Assembly: GCA_018238155.1 (NCBI GenBank)
Contig: JABCTZ010000041.1
Coordinates: 1-64,000 of the forward strand
Length of the DNA stretch: 64,000 nucleotides
DNA from: Candidatus Heimdallarchaeota archaeon
GTDB taxonomy: Archaea > Asgardarchaeota > Heimdallarchaeia > JABLTI01
Reading direction: 5' to 3'
In this document: piece by piece, positions 9,544 to 19,415 of the stretch
Layout of the letters: each line of letters begins with the position of its first letter
Position numbering within the stretch: position 1 is the stretch's first letter
Notes under the pieces: model-generated
The model's database searches: none
Told to the model about the DNA's origin: nothing
What the model saw: only the letters and a program-made list of their open reading frames with translations
Position numbers and translations under genes: made by a program

Positions 9544-9912
9544 TTAGTGTTTGCTTTCAGTACAGCCATCTGTTTCAGAGGCCATTGTAAGCTCTCCTTT
9601 ATTATAAGATTCTAAAGCTTCTTTCACTTGAACACGTTGAGTAATAAATACTCCAATGTTAAGTTCATTGAATAAATTGATAGCTTTTCTTCCAAGTCCT
9701 TTACAAATAAGAACATTTATTTTACTATTTTGTAAAGTCACAGGTGCAGAGTTTTTTCCTCCAAAATGTTCACCAATATTTTCAAGAACGGAAACATCAT
9801 TGTTTTCTGTATCAACTACTGTATATAGTGGTGCTCTACCAAAATGGTCTGCCATTGTTGCTTCTAATTTTTTATCGTCCATTACAGGGAATGCTATTTT
9901 CATTTTAATCAA
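9544..9912 (-). CDS. NifB/NifX-family Fe-Mo cofactor-binding domain protein
   Basis: MKIAFP...HFGRAP...ICKGLG.KA. Confidence 0.9.
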   Translation of the reverse strand: MIKMKIAFPVMDDKKLEATMADHFGRAPLYTVVDTENNDVSVLENIGEHFGGKNSAPVTLQNSKINVLICKGLGRKAINLFNELNIGVFITQRVQVKEALESYNKGELTMASETDGCTESKH

Positions 9913-9923
9913 ACTCGTTTTTT

Positions 9924-10334
9924 TTACTGATTGCGTCCTCTTCCTTGTCCCATACCGCGACCACCACCCATTCCAGTGTGTCCACTATTAGATGGTCCAG
10001 TTGCTTGGGGTAATTCTTTATTTTTAAGTTTAGCTAGTGCATCATTTATTGATCCGCTAAAAATATACGTCTCGATTTTTGCTGCATTGAGTGTCATAAA
10101 TGCATTTGGTCCATATTGATTAGAAATAACTGCATCTACTTTGTGTTTAGCAATTATTTGCGCTGCCATAGTTCCTGCTCCATGACCTTCGTATTGAGCT
10201 TTATTTTCAAAAGCTTCAAATGACATATCATTCAATTCAACGATAATAAAATGACTACATCGTCCAAATCTTGGATCTACGGGTCCTTCTAGATTATCAT
10301 TTGTTGCTGGTATTGCTACTCTCATTCGTATCAC
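9924..10334 (-). CDS. NifB/NifX-family protein with Gly/Arg-rich tail (IssA-like)
   Basis: MRVAIP..RFGRC..HGAG..GPNA; tail GMGGGRGMGQGRGR. Confidence 0.88.
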   Translation of the reverse strand: MIRMRVAIPATNDNLEGPVDPRFGRCSHFIIVELNDMSFEAFENKAQYEGHGAGTMAAQIIAKHKVDAVISNQYGPNAFMTLNAAKIETYIFSGSINDALAKLKNKELPQATGPSNSGHTGMGGGRGMGQGRGRNQ

Positions 10335-10406
10335 TTTGTATTAGATAGTACTATTATATTATTAATTAATAAATTAAATAGAAATTCTTCTGAATTATCT
10401 TTTCAA

Positions 10407-10763
10407 TTATCTTAATCGTTTTAGTTTTTGTTTCAAATCTTTTAACTCAGTTTCCAAGTCATTTATCTGGTTAGCGAGTGTATTTCTTTCTTGTTTAGGA
10501 TTCTCTTCAGTGAAATTCTGGAAGGTTTCTTGCCAATATTTACTACTTGGTGTACCTGCAGAATAATCTTTCAGAAATTCATCCATTTGCCCTGTTTTTT
10601 GTAAATATGTTGCACAAGGACCCATACCTCTTCCTAATCCAATTCTATTTCCTCTACTTGCAAAGCCAGGTGAATTTCCATTCTTGATCCATCTAGGTGT
10701 ACCAGTTAATTCATACATTCTTCTATGTCTGCCGTTTTGATTGTTTCCTCTGCCATTTCTCAT
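10407..10763 (-). CDS. DUF5320-like protein
   Basis: MYELTGTPRW, GRGMGPC and a C-terminal coiled coil (ERNTLANQINDLETELKDLKQKL); typical neighbour of NifX/DUF134 clusters. Confidence 0.65.
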   Translation of the reverse strand: MRNGRGNNQNGRHRRMYELTGTPRWIKNGNSPGFASRGNRIGLGRGMGPCATYLQKTGQMDEFLKDYSAGTPSSKYWQETFQNFTEENPKQERNTLANQINDLETELKDLKQKLKRLR

Positions 10764-10823
10764 AATGTTCACGATTACACTATTTTTGTGTAATGCCACA
10801 TAATTCACTTTTGCTATTTAAGG

Positions 10824-10847
10824 CTTTTTGTTCATATGCACAAAAAG
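10824..10847. promoter_or_regulatory. Palindromic operator candidate between divergent genes
   Basis: CTTTTTGTTCATATGCACAAAAAG, a 24-bp inverted repeat with one mismatched pair. Confidence 0.65.
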
Positions 10848-10909
10848 ATAATAAGCTTCTTAAGGGTCAATTAAGCTACAATTGTATAGAAAAACAGATT
10901 GGTGATTAT

Positions 10910-11248
10910 ATGAGAAACTATCGCTGTCGAAGGGGACGAAGGATGGGTCCAGAAGAGGATTATATGCAACCGATGCGAGGAAGACCTCTCAAAGAAATAG
11001 AAATTGAGGCTTTCCCAAAAATAGAAAGAGTTGTACCAAGTCCCCAAATATCTGATGAAACAGTTTTTTTATCAATAGCAGAATATGAAGCGTTACGTTT
11101 AGTAGATCTTGAAGGTTTGAATCAATTTGATACAGGAAATTCAATGAACGTATCTAGGGGAACGATATGGCGATTATTAGATTCAGGAAGAAGAAAATTG
11201 ATTCAAGTTATAGCTGAAGGCAAGAATCTAGAAATTGAAAAACAATAA
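10910..11248 (+). CDS. DUF134 family HTH DNA-binding protein
   Basis: RGRP...EYEALRLVDLEGLNQ...MNVSRGTIWRLLDSGRRKL; GGTGA SD before ATG 10910. Confidence 0.9.
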   Translation: MRNYRCRRGRRMGPEEDYMQPMRGRPLKEIEIEAFPKIERVVPSPQISDETVFLSIAEYEALRLVDLEGLNQFDTGNSMNVSRGTIWRLLDSGRRKLIQVIAEGKNLEIEKQ

Positions 11249-11382
11249 TAATGTTAGAAATAGTTATTTTTATAAAGAAAACCTTTATGAAATATTATTT
11301 ACCAGTTTAGGTTAATTAAAATCAAATGAAACATTTGACAATTACTAAATTTTAAAGATTGGTTACTAATTGAGAGATTTCA

Positions 11383-12165
11383 ATGTCCGCTGAAAAAACA
11401 GAAAAAATTGATGATAATAAATTGAAGGAAAACATTCGAAATTTAATTGGTAATAAAGATGAGATAAATTTAGAATGGCTAAAAACGGTTACTCAAGCTT
11501 CTGCAGCAGAAATATCAAAGCTTATTATACAAGAATTCGGTTTAGTAGTTTTAGATGGGATGATTTATTCTAAGGAAAAAGCTGAAAGAAAATTAAAGCA
11601 GATGCAAGAATCCGCTCAAACGGTTGTTGATAGAGAAGCTTTTCGTAAAGGTCCAGTAGATATTGATATGATGAAATTGCGAGAAAGACTATGGACTGCG
11701 AGATTTAGTGAAAAAATTTTAGGGCAAAAAAGACACCAATTCTGTCCTATTTGGGCTTTTTTGGAGGGGCAAAGTAGTAGCATTATTCTTAGATATGATT
11801 GGATTTCTCGATTGGATAAAGCAGAGAAAGATGGACTTTACACTAATCTTAAAACTTATGATCTGGTGGAGCTTATTGATGAAATCGGTGAGAACTATAA
11901 AGGAAGAGCTAGGGTTGTTTTCGCAAAAACACATCCAAGAAATACTACGTTATTTAATAATAAATCAATGTGGATTCTCTTTTTAGTGGCGGAAGCTGAA
12001 GGAGGTATAAGACTAGAAGGTTTGGATATGATCAATATTCTCACTCTTTCCACCAAATTTAGATCTCGGGAAGTTGCCTTTAAATGTTTAAGTGAATATA
12101 TCGAGTTTATTAATTTCATCGTGAATGATCCTTCAATATTTGAAGAAGTAATTATAGCAAAATAG
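11383..12165 (+). CDS. Hypothetical protein
   Basis: 260 aa ORF with normal codon usage; no motif recognised. Confidence 0.7.
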   Translation: MSAEKTEKIDDNKLKENIRNLIGNKDEINLEWLKTVTQASAAEISKLIIQEFGLVVLDGMIYSKEKAERKLKQMQESAQTVVDREAFRKGPVDIDMMKLRERLWTARFSEKILGQKRHQFCPIWAFLEGQSSSIILRYDWISRLDKAEKDGLYTNLKTYDLVELIDEIGENYKGRARVVFAKTHPRNTTLFNNKSMWILFLVAEAEGGIRLEGLDMINILTLSTKFRSREVAFKCLSEYIEFINFIVNDPSIFEEVIIAK

Positions 12166-12203
12166 CTCTCTTCTTTAACACATTGGAAAAAAAAACGAAC
12201 AGT

Positions 12204-12725
12204 TTATTCCTCAACAAATTTTTTTAACAATGTATCAAAAAACAAACGTAATTCTATTTGTGAGTGGGTATTTTCACGCATACAATAAATAGCAATATTA
12301 TTACAAAGATAACACTTTCGTTTAGTTTCTCTTTCAATATGTGAATCAGAATTGGGACCCAATACGTCAATATCCAATAATCGACCAATGGTAAAATTTT
12401 CTTCAAAATCTATTGAGGATTTTTTAACTTTTACCGGACCATCTTTTGCTAAGAAAAATGCTTCAGGACCTAGAATAGTTTCATTTTGCTCTAAAAGAGA
12501 GATCTCTTTGTGATTTTTTTTCATGTAGCTACAATAACTAAATTTACTTTTCTGGAATGCTTCTCTTATTTCAAGAGAGTTCTTAGGCCAAGAAGGGATA
12601 TTAAATTTGAAGCTAATTATGGTGGATTTATACTCCTGTTTAAAGTTATGCTGCTTAATCCAGCGAATCTCTTTAGCTCGCAGAATCTGTTTTTGAATAG
12701 CTTCAATTTCGGTCATAGAAATCAC
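12204..12725 (-). CDS. citX: Apo-citrate lyase phosphoribosyl-dephospho-CoA transferase (holo-ACP synthase)
   Basis: LRAKEIR..Q, NIP..K, GPEAF, GRLLDIDV, RKCYLC...C.R...H. Confidence 0.88.
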   Translation of the reverse strand: MISMTEIEAIQKQILRAKEIRWIKQHNFKQEYKSTIISFKFNIPSWPKNSLEIREAFQKSKFSYCSYMKKNHKEISLLEQNETILGPEAFFLAKDGPVKVKKSSIDFEENFTIGRLLDIDVLGPNSDSHIERETKRKCYLCNNIAIYCMRENTHSQIELRLFFDTLLKKFVEE

Positions 12726-12811
12726 TCTTATTTTACTATAAACAAAACAAGTCTTTAGAAATTTTTCTCAAAAAAATGGAAAGAAGAAATCCTTGTGGAT
12801 TTTCTCTCAAG

Positions 12812-14362
12812 TCACTTTTTAATTTGACGTATAACATCAAGAATCGTTCCATCACGATGTTCGATTACTGCGACAATTCTATCTTCAAATGGAATAGGAT
12901 CAGGAGCTCCACCTACCAACTCAAAAGCGATATCCCGGAGTGCTTCGATTTTCATGAAATTAATCTCATTTAACTTCACTAGCTTCGTGTAATACTTGCA
13001 TTTAGGATTAATAGCAACACCATAATCGGTTACTACCACATCAATATTCATACCTGGTGAAGTAACAGTTGTTACACGATCAATAACAACTGGATTACGT
13101 CCTCGTAAGAGAGGTAAAGCAACAATTGTTAATTTTGCTCCTTCTGAAGTGTCTTGATGACCACCAATACCATGCAATATTCGACCATCAGATTCAGTAA
13201 CTACATTGACATTATAGTTTATGTCAACTTCTGTCGCACCTAAAACAACAGTATCAAGAACGTTAACTGCTGCACCACTGCTATGAATATTGGCATATTG
13301 TGAAGCACCAATTCCAATATGATTTGGGTTATTTTTTAGTGACTGAATAGCTATTTTATCAAAAGCTTGAACATCTAAAATTCGAGTAAACAATCCTAAC
13401 TCAAGCATTTCGACAAGAGCAGAGGTAGATCCTCCCATGCCAAAAGAACCTTTGATATCTAATTCCTTCATTCGCTCACTTAGGTACTTCGTTACTGCTA
13501 AAGTAATACCTCCAGCTCCACTTTGAAATGAAAAGCGGTCTTTTAATAAACCAGAGCCTTCAATGACTTTGACACATGTTTTAGCAATACCCAAGCGTAT
13601 AGGGTCTCGAGTAATTCTTGTTGTTCCAGAGACAATACCATCAGGATCTCCAATTGGTTCCTTTATCACAACAACATAATCAACATGGTTTTGATTGATA
13701 AAGATATTATTGCAAGGAAATGGTACAAGATTATTAGTAACAGCTATAACCATATCTGCAAATTGTGCGTCAGGCACCATATAACCCAGAGGACCACAAG
13801 CTTGTTCTCCATCTACTCCATTAAGATTACCAAACTCATCGGCTGTTGGAGCACCAATAAAAGCAACATCTATTTTGCAATCTCCATCCTCGATTGAACG
13901 AGCTCGTCCTCCATGAGATCGAACTGTAAGAATACCTTTCAGCTTTCCACGAGAAATTGCATCTCCAACGGGACCGGTAACCCCACAACTGATATTTGAA
14001 ATTGTTCCATCTTCAATATATTTTACTAAAGGAGCATGAACTGGATGAATGGATGAAGGTGCTAGAGTGATATTTTTTATTCCTTTTTCAGCAATTTTCT
14101 TGATGACTAAATTCATTAAATTGTCTCCACCTCTAAAATGATGATGAAAACTAATAGTCATACCATTTTTTAATTCCGATTTTTCAATAGCTTCATCAAT
14201 TGATTGCAAAAGCTTTGTTTCACCTGGCAATCTTCTTCTAATTCTAGTAGCTGCTTTATGAGTTGGCATTGTATATTGTCCTAAGCCCATAAATGGCTGA
14301 AGTTTGCGCCCTTTGATTTTTTTTGGAATGTTTCTTCCAACGATATTTTTAGTGAATTCCAT
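12812..14362 (-). CDS. citF: Citrate lyase alpha subunit (citrate:ACP/CoA transferase)
   Basis: GMTISFHHHFRGGD, RSHGGRAR, FSFQSGAGG, GIGGHQDT. Confidence 0.96.
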   Translation of the reverse strand: MEFTKNIVGRNIPKKIKGRKLQPFMGLGQYTMPTHKAATRIRRRLPGETKLLQSIDEAIEKSELKNGMTISFHHHFRGGDNLMNLVIKKIAEKGIKNITLAPSSIHPVHAPLVKYIEDGTISNISCGVTGPVGDAISRGKLKGILTVRSHGGRARSIEDGDCKIDVAFIGAPTADEFGNLNGVDGEQACGPLGYMVPDAQFADMVIAVTNNLVPFPCNNIFINQNHVDYVVVIKEPIGDPDGIVSGTTRITRDPIRLGIAKTCVKVIEGSGLLKDRFSFQSGAGGITLAVTKYLSERMKELDIKGSFGMGGSTSALVEMLELGLFTRILDVQAFDKIAIQSLKNNPNHIGIGASQYANIHSSGAAVNVLDTVVLGATEVDINYNVNVVTESDGRILHGIGGHQDTSEGAKLTIVALPLLRGRNPVVIDRVTTVTSPGMNIDVVVTDYGVAINPKCKYYTKLVKLNEINFMKIEALRDIAFELVGGAPDPIPFEDRIVAVIEHRDGTILDVIRQIKK

Positions 14363-14379
14363 ACTAAATACCCTCTAAA

Positions 14380-15297
14380 TTATCTCTTTCTCCCTGCTTT
14401 TGCACGTTTCAAAATCCTTTCAGATCTCTTCACAACGGGAACATCAATCATTCTATTATCCACACAAATAACACCCACACCTTGCTCTTGAGCAATTTTA
14501 TAAGCACCTACAATTCTTTCTGCTCGTTCTATTTGCTCCTCAGTAGGCATGAATGATTTATGAATTAATTCAATTTGACTTGGGTGAATACATGCTTTTC
14601 CGTCATATCCTAACCGAACTATTTTCTTTGTTTGAAGTAATAAACCAACATTGTCTCTGATGTTTGTGTAAACAGTATCATAAACTTGAATACCTGCTCC
14701 CCGTGCTGCTAGGAGTAATTTTGATCGAATGTACAATAATTCTTCTCCCTCAACAGTACGTTCCGCGCCTAAATCTGCTGTTAAATCTTCACCACCAGGG
14801 CTTATTCCAACGATTCTATCACTAGCTAAAGCAATTTGTTCAGCTTGTAGAACACCCCAAGCAGATTCGATAATTGGAGTTAATTTTACTGTACCAATTG
14901 CCATACCATTTCTTTCTTCGATATTGGCCATTTTATCACATATTTCTAGTATTTGTTTATGCGTTTCGGCTTTTGGTAAAACTATTGCATAAGGTTTTGT
15001 GGGGATAATTTCATTCAAATCATCTTCAAAAAATTCTGTCCCTAAAGGGTTAATTCTAACTGTTACTTCTGTTTCACCGAAATTCAGTGCTTTAAGTGCA
15101 TTACGAACCAATATCCTTGCAGAGTCTTTCTGATTGATAGCAACACCGTCTTCCAAATCAAATATTACTTGATCTGCACCAAAGAGAGGAGCATTTCGAA
15201 TCATTGCAGGATTATTGCCTGGAATGTAAAGGCGAGTCCTTCGTATTTTTGTTACATCTTCAATAGTTCGTTTTATAATTTTAACATCTTTTGCCAT
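14380..15297 (-). CDS. citE: Citrate lyase beta subunit (citryl-ACP lyase)
   Basis: RRTRLYIPGNNP, FDLEDGVA..KDSAR, IESAWG, GEDLTADL, GKACIHPSQI. Confidence 0.95.
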   Translation of the reverse strand: MAKDVKIIKRTIEDVTKIRRTRLYIPGNNPAMIRNAPLFGADQVIFDLEDGVAINQKDSARILVRNALKALNFGETEVTVRINPLGTEFFEDDLNEIIPTKPYAIVLPKAETHKQILEICDKMANIEERNGMAIGTVKLTPIIESAWGVLQAEQIALASDRIVGISPGGEDLTADLGAERTVEGEELLYIRSKLLLAARGAGIQVYDTVYTNIRDNVGLLLQTKKIVRLGYDGKACIHPSQIELIHKSFMPTEEQIERAERIVGAYKIAQEQGVGVICVDNRMIDVPVVKRSERILKRAKAGRKR

Positions 15298-15299
15298 TC

Positions 15300-15578
15300 C
15301 TATACCTCCTTTTGAACAGCTCGACTCAATGCTGTTTCCGTTCGGGCTTTTATTGTGAACCCTAAAGCTCCTTTGTCAATTGCTTGAATATTTACATCTT
15401 CTACTTCAAATTCCTTTATTATAGATTCAATTTCTTCACGAATTTTTCTACCATATTGAACTGAAGAAGATGATTCAAGATTTATTACTATACCAGTACC
15501 AGTTTTCCCCTTTTTTACAGTAACTAGAATATCTTGAGATTCAAGGGTTCCGGCTTGTGTTGAACGAAGAATTTTCAC
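15300..15578 (-). CDS. citD: Citrate lyase acyl carrier protein (gamma subunit)
   Basis: AGTLESQD with the prosthetic-group Ser, QYG, DKGAL..TIKAR.ETA; GTG start after GGAG. Confidence 0.93.
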   Translation of the reverse strand: MKILRSTQAGTLESQDILVTVKKGKTGTGIVINLESSSSVQYGRKIREEIESIIKEFEVEDVNIQAIDKGALGFTIKARTETALSRAVQKEV

Positions 15579-15654
15579 AATGATTATCTCCAAATACTTT
15601 TTGAGCAAATTACTTTTTTTCTTATGAAAGAGTTGAAGTCAAGTGAAAATTCAC

Positions 15655-17748
15655 TCAACACTCTTCAATTTCTTTTTGCTTTTCGACCTTTGCTTTTACT
15701 AAAGGTAGTGCTCCACCTTGTTTGAGCATGTCAATTTCTTTGAATGAAAGGTTTACGCTTGTTGCAAAAGTAAATCCTTTCGTTGTATTTTCAACTTCAA
15801 TCTCAGAGATTCCCTCTTTCAATTGATCTAAATTCTTTATTACTAAATCGTCGCTTTGTTCTATTTTATCGTAAATGGTTTCATCTTTGAACTCTAATGG
15901 AAGCATTCCCCATTGTATTAGATTATCTCGATGTATTCTCGCAATGCTTTTTGCAATCACCGCACCAAGACCGAGCCACATCGGTGCAATTGCTGCATGT
16001 TCACGACTTGATCCTTGTCCGTAATTGCTTCCACCAACAATAATGAATACTCTTCGCTTGTTTTGTGGATTTAATGCTAATGCTCGTTCTACAAAAGTGT
16101 CATCAACAGGATTGAAAACAAATTGGGCAATTGCAGGAATATTTGACCTTAAAGGTAGCACCTTTGAACCTGCCATCATTATATCGTCTGTTGTGATGTC
16201 ATCACCAGTTTTAAGCAATACAGAACCTGTTATTTGATCCACTAAAGGATCATTTATTGGACAATCGACAATATTGGGCCCTTTAACAATACTAACAACA
16301 GCTCTTTCATTGTCATCTTCTAATGGAAAGATGAACATATTCTTCGAAGTGATGAATTGATCCGGTTCGTTGAAAACTTCTGGACTAATGTCTTTTTCCT
16401 GTAAGGGATCAACAAATCTTCCTCGAACAGCAATTAATGCAGCTGAAGCAGCACTCATAAGATAAGAACCGGCAGATTTTTCTCCAGATCTTCCAAAGAA
16501 GTTTCTGTTGAAAGTTCGACAAGATATGCTATTAGTAGGAGGTGTTTGACCCATTCCTATACATGGTCCACAAGTACACTCTAACATTCTTGCACCAGTT
16601 TCAAGGATATCTGCAAGTAATCCATCTCGAGCAATTTGTGTTACTACGTTTTTTGAACCTGGGGATATTGTTAAGCTGATATGTGGAGCTACTGCTTGTT
16701 TTTTCATCACAGATGCTGCAGTTGCTAAAGCAAGATATGAAGCATTTGTACAAGAACCAATACAGACTTGATCCACTTTTAAATCTCGAGAGTATAAACG
16801 TTCGATGTGTTCCTTGATATCTGTATGTACCTTTTCAGGCATATTTTTCACTATTTCATTAATAGGAGTACGTTCGACAAGTTTGCGTATGGAAACAACT
16901 GAACCTGGGCTATGAGGTAATGCAACATTTGGTTCAAGTTTTGATAAATTAATTTCAATAACTTGATCATATTTTGCATCTTTGTCAGCTTCTAATGGTG
17001 TATAATCCTCTCCCCTTCCTTGTGCTTTAAGAAAGTGTTGAGTTATTTCATCACTTGGAAAGATAGAAGTAGTTGGACCCAATTCGGCACCCATATTTGT
17101 AATTGTTGCTCTTTCCGGAGCAGTTAAATCTTTAACACCAGGACCAGAATATTCGAAAATTGCTTTTCTACCACCACGAACGCCTTTCATTTTTAGCAGC
17201 TCAAGAATAACATCCATTGCTGTAACCCATGGTTTTCGCAGTTTCCCTGAAAGATGAACTTTTATTATATTGGGATATTTGAGTTCGAATGGTTCGCCTG
17301 CCATTGTTGTTGCAATAACCAATCCACCAACACCAATTGCTAATGAGCCAACTCCACCTGCGGTGGGCGTATGTGAATCTGAGCCTAAGAGAATCTTCCC
17401 GGGAGCAGCGAAATTTTCAAGATGAACTTGATGAATAATGCCATTTCCAGGACGAGATAAAATAGCTCCTTTTTTTGCAGCGATTGAGCGCAAAAACTGA
17501 TGATCATCAGCATTTCTAAAGTCAGTTTGTAAAGTATTATGATCAATATAGGATACTGCCAAAGGAACTTTAATATCTGGAATATCAATGGCTTCGAATT
17601 CCAACCAAGCCATTGTTCCTGTAGCATCTTGTGTGATACATTGATCAACTTTAACAAATACCGGGTCACCAGGTTGATATTCTTCAACCTTCTTTCCAGA
17701 GATATCATGTGCTTCCAGTATTTTTTGGACAATATTTTTACCAGTCAT
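15655..17748 (-). CDS. acn: Aconitate hydratase
   Basis: QDATGTMA, DHN, GIIHQVH, DSHT, IGSCTN, CGPCIG, TFNRNF.GR, NYGQGSSREHAA. Confidence 0.93.
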   Translation of the reverse strand: MTGKNIVQKILEAHDISGKKVEEYQPGDPVFVKVDQCITQDATGTMAWLEFEAIDIPDIKVPLAVSYIDHNTLQTDFRNADDHQFLRSIAAKKGAILSRPGNGIIHQVHLENFAAPGKILLGSDSHTPTAGGVGSLAIGVGGLVIATTMAGEPFELKYPNIIKVHLSGKLRKPWVTAMDVILELLKMKGVRGGRKAIFEYSGPGVKDLTAPERATITNMGAELGPTTSIFPSDEITQHFLKAQGRGEDYTPLEADKDAKYDQVIEINLSKLEPNVALPHSPGSVVSIRKLVERTPINEIVKNMPEKVHTDIKEHIERLYSRDLKVDQVCIGSCTNASYLALATAASVMKKQAVAPHISLTISPGSKNVVTQIARDGLLADILETGARMLECTCGPCIGMGQTPPTNSISCRTFNRNFFGRSGEKSAGSYLMSAASAALIAVRGRFVDPLQEKDISPEVFNEPDQFITSKNMFIFPLEDDNERAVVSIVKGPNIVDCPINDPLVDQITGSVLLKTGDDITTDDIMMAGSKVLPLRSNIPAIAQFVFNPVDDTFVERALALNPQNKRRVFIIVGGSNYGQGSSREHAAIAPMWLGLGAVIAKSIARIHRDNLIQWGMLPLEFKDETIYDKIEQSDDLVIKNLDQLKEGISEIEVENTTKGFTFATSVNLSFKEIDMLKQGGALPLVKAKVEKQKEIEEC

Positions 17749-17777
17749 TATATTGTCTACCTTCTTGAGTAATTATT

Positions 17778-19079
17778 TCATAGATTAGTTATGATTGCTT
17801 CTGCAAATTCAGAAGTACCAATTGGTTCAACATCACTTAATTGTCTAGCAATATCATAAGTAACCTTTCTCTGAGCGATTGCTTTTTCAACACCAGAATT
17901 GATTATTTCTGCTGCTTCAGTCCAATCCATGTAATCAAGCATCATTATTGCTGAATAGATTACTGAACCGGGATTGACTTTGTTTAATCCCGCATGTTTT
18001 GGTGCAGTTCCATGTGTTGCTTCAAAAACAGCTGCTTTATCACCAACATTTGCTCCTGGAGCAAAACCTAACCCACCAACTTGTGCTGCAAGTGCATCAG
18101 AAATATAATCACCATTTAAGTTTGGCAAGGCAAGAACACCATATTCAGCTGGACGGAGAAGTATTTGTTGAAACATAGAATCAGCGATTCTGTCACTTAT
18201 CATAACTTTTCCTTCAGGTATTTTACCATCGAATTTATCGTAAACCTCTTTTTCGGTTATAACTGAATCAGCGAATTCTTCAGCAGCTAATTTGTAACCC
18301 CAGTCTTTGAATTTACCTTCAGTAAATTTCATAATATTGCCTTTGTGAACTAAAGTTACTTTATCAAATCCTTTCTCAAATGCATAATTAATTGCCATAC
18401 GAACTAATCTGGAAGTGTTAGCCCAAGACATTGGTTTAATACCAATACCAGATTCCATTGTGATATTCTTTCCAAGTTTATCATTAAGAAAAGTAATTAG
18501 CTTCTTTGCATCGGCAGATTCAGGCTCAAATTCAATTCCCGAATAAACATCTTCAATATTTTCTCTGAAAATAACCATATTGACATTTTCAGGATGCTTC
18601 ACTGGAGCAGGTACACCTTTGATATGTTTTGCCGGTCGGATACAAGAATAAAGGTCTAATTTTTGTCTAATAGCAACATTTAGGCTTCTAAAACCACCAC
18701 CAATAGGTGTTGTCAATGGTCCCTTAATAGCAATGACATGATCCACAATAGCATTTAGTGTATCTTTTGGTAAGTAAAGATCTCTCAATACTGCTGGGTC
18801 GAGCTCACTTAATTGTTCATCAGAATATTCTGCAGCATAGATTTTTCGTGCTTTGTCACCAGCAAATATTTCAAACCAAATGATTTCCTTTTTGCCATTG
18901 TAAGCTTTTTTAACTGCTGCATCAACTACTTTTTTCATTGCATCCATGATTTCTGGACCTATTCCATCTCCTGCAATATATGGTATAATAGGTTTATCAG
19001 GAACAATGTTTTTCCCACTATCATCTTTTGTTATTTTTTCTCCTGTTTTTGGTGGAGTTATTTTGTCATAGCCGCTCAT
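17778..19079 (-). CDS. icd: Isocitrate dehydrogenase (NADP-type, E. coli-like)
   Basis: [67 protein letters not shown]. Confidence 0.96.
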   Translation of the reverse strand: MSGYDKITPPKTGEKITKDDSGKNIVPDKPIIPYIAGDGIGPEIMDAMKKVVDAAVKKAYNGKKEIIWFEIFAGDKARKIYAAEYSDEQLSELDPAVLRDLYLPKDTLNAIVDHVIAIKGPLTTPIGGGFRSLNVAIRQKLDLYSCIRPAKHIKGVPAPVKHPENVNMVIFRENIEDVYSGIEFEPESADAKKLITFLNDKLGKNITMESGIGIKPMSWANTSRLVRMAINYAFEKGFDKVTLVHKGNIMKFTEGKFKDWGYKLAAEEFADSVITEKEVYDKFDGKIPEGKVMISDRIADSMFQQILLRPAEYGVLALPNLNGDYISDALAAQVGGLGFAPGANVGDKAAVFEATHGTAPKHAGLNKVNPGSVIYSAIMMLDYMDWTEAAEIINSGVEKAIAQRKVTYDIARQLSDVEPIGTSEFAEAIITNL

Positions 19080-19415
19080 GAGATATCCTCACATTGGAAA
19101 TTTATTTTTTTGAATACTTTTGTACAAAAGTAACATGTATCCGAATGACCCTTTCAAAACGAGTTACATTTAAAATTATCCATTAATATTTATTAAAAAA
19201 AATCTGAACGTGCTTGTTTAAATAGATGTTTGAAAAATCAAATTGCTATTAAACAAATCATTTTTTTTTATTATTAATAGAATAGTTATTTTTACATTGT
19301 GAACAATAGAAGAAGCGTTTTGGCAAACAATTTATAAGTCTCTAAACGTAAAAAGAACTAATTTGTTGAGAAAGTAATTTTAGTTTGAGTAAAAAAAACA
19401 GGTTAAAAAACTAAA

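Noticed and set aside
9544-10334. Nitrogen fixation genes
   Set aside because: NifX-like domains occur widely in non-diazotrophs, and there is no nifH/D/K in the window
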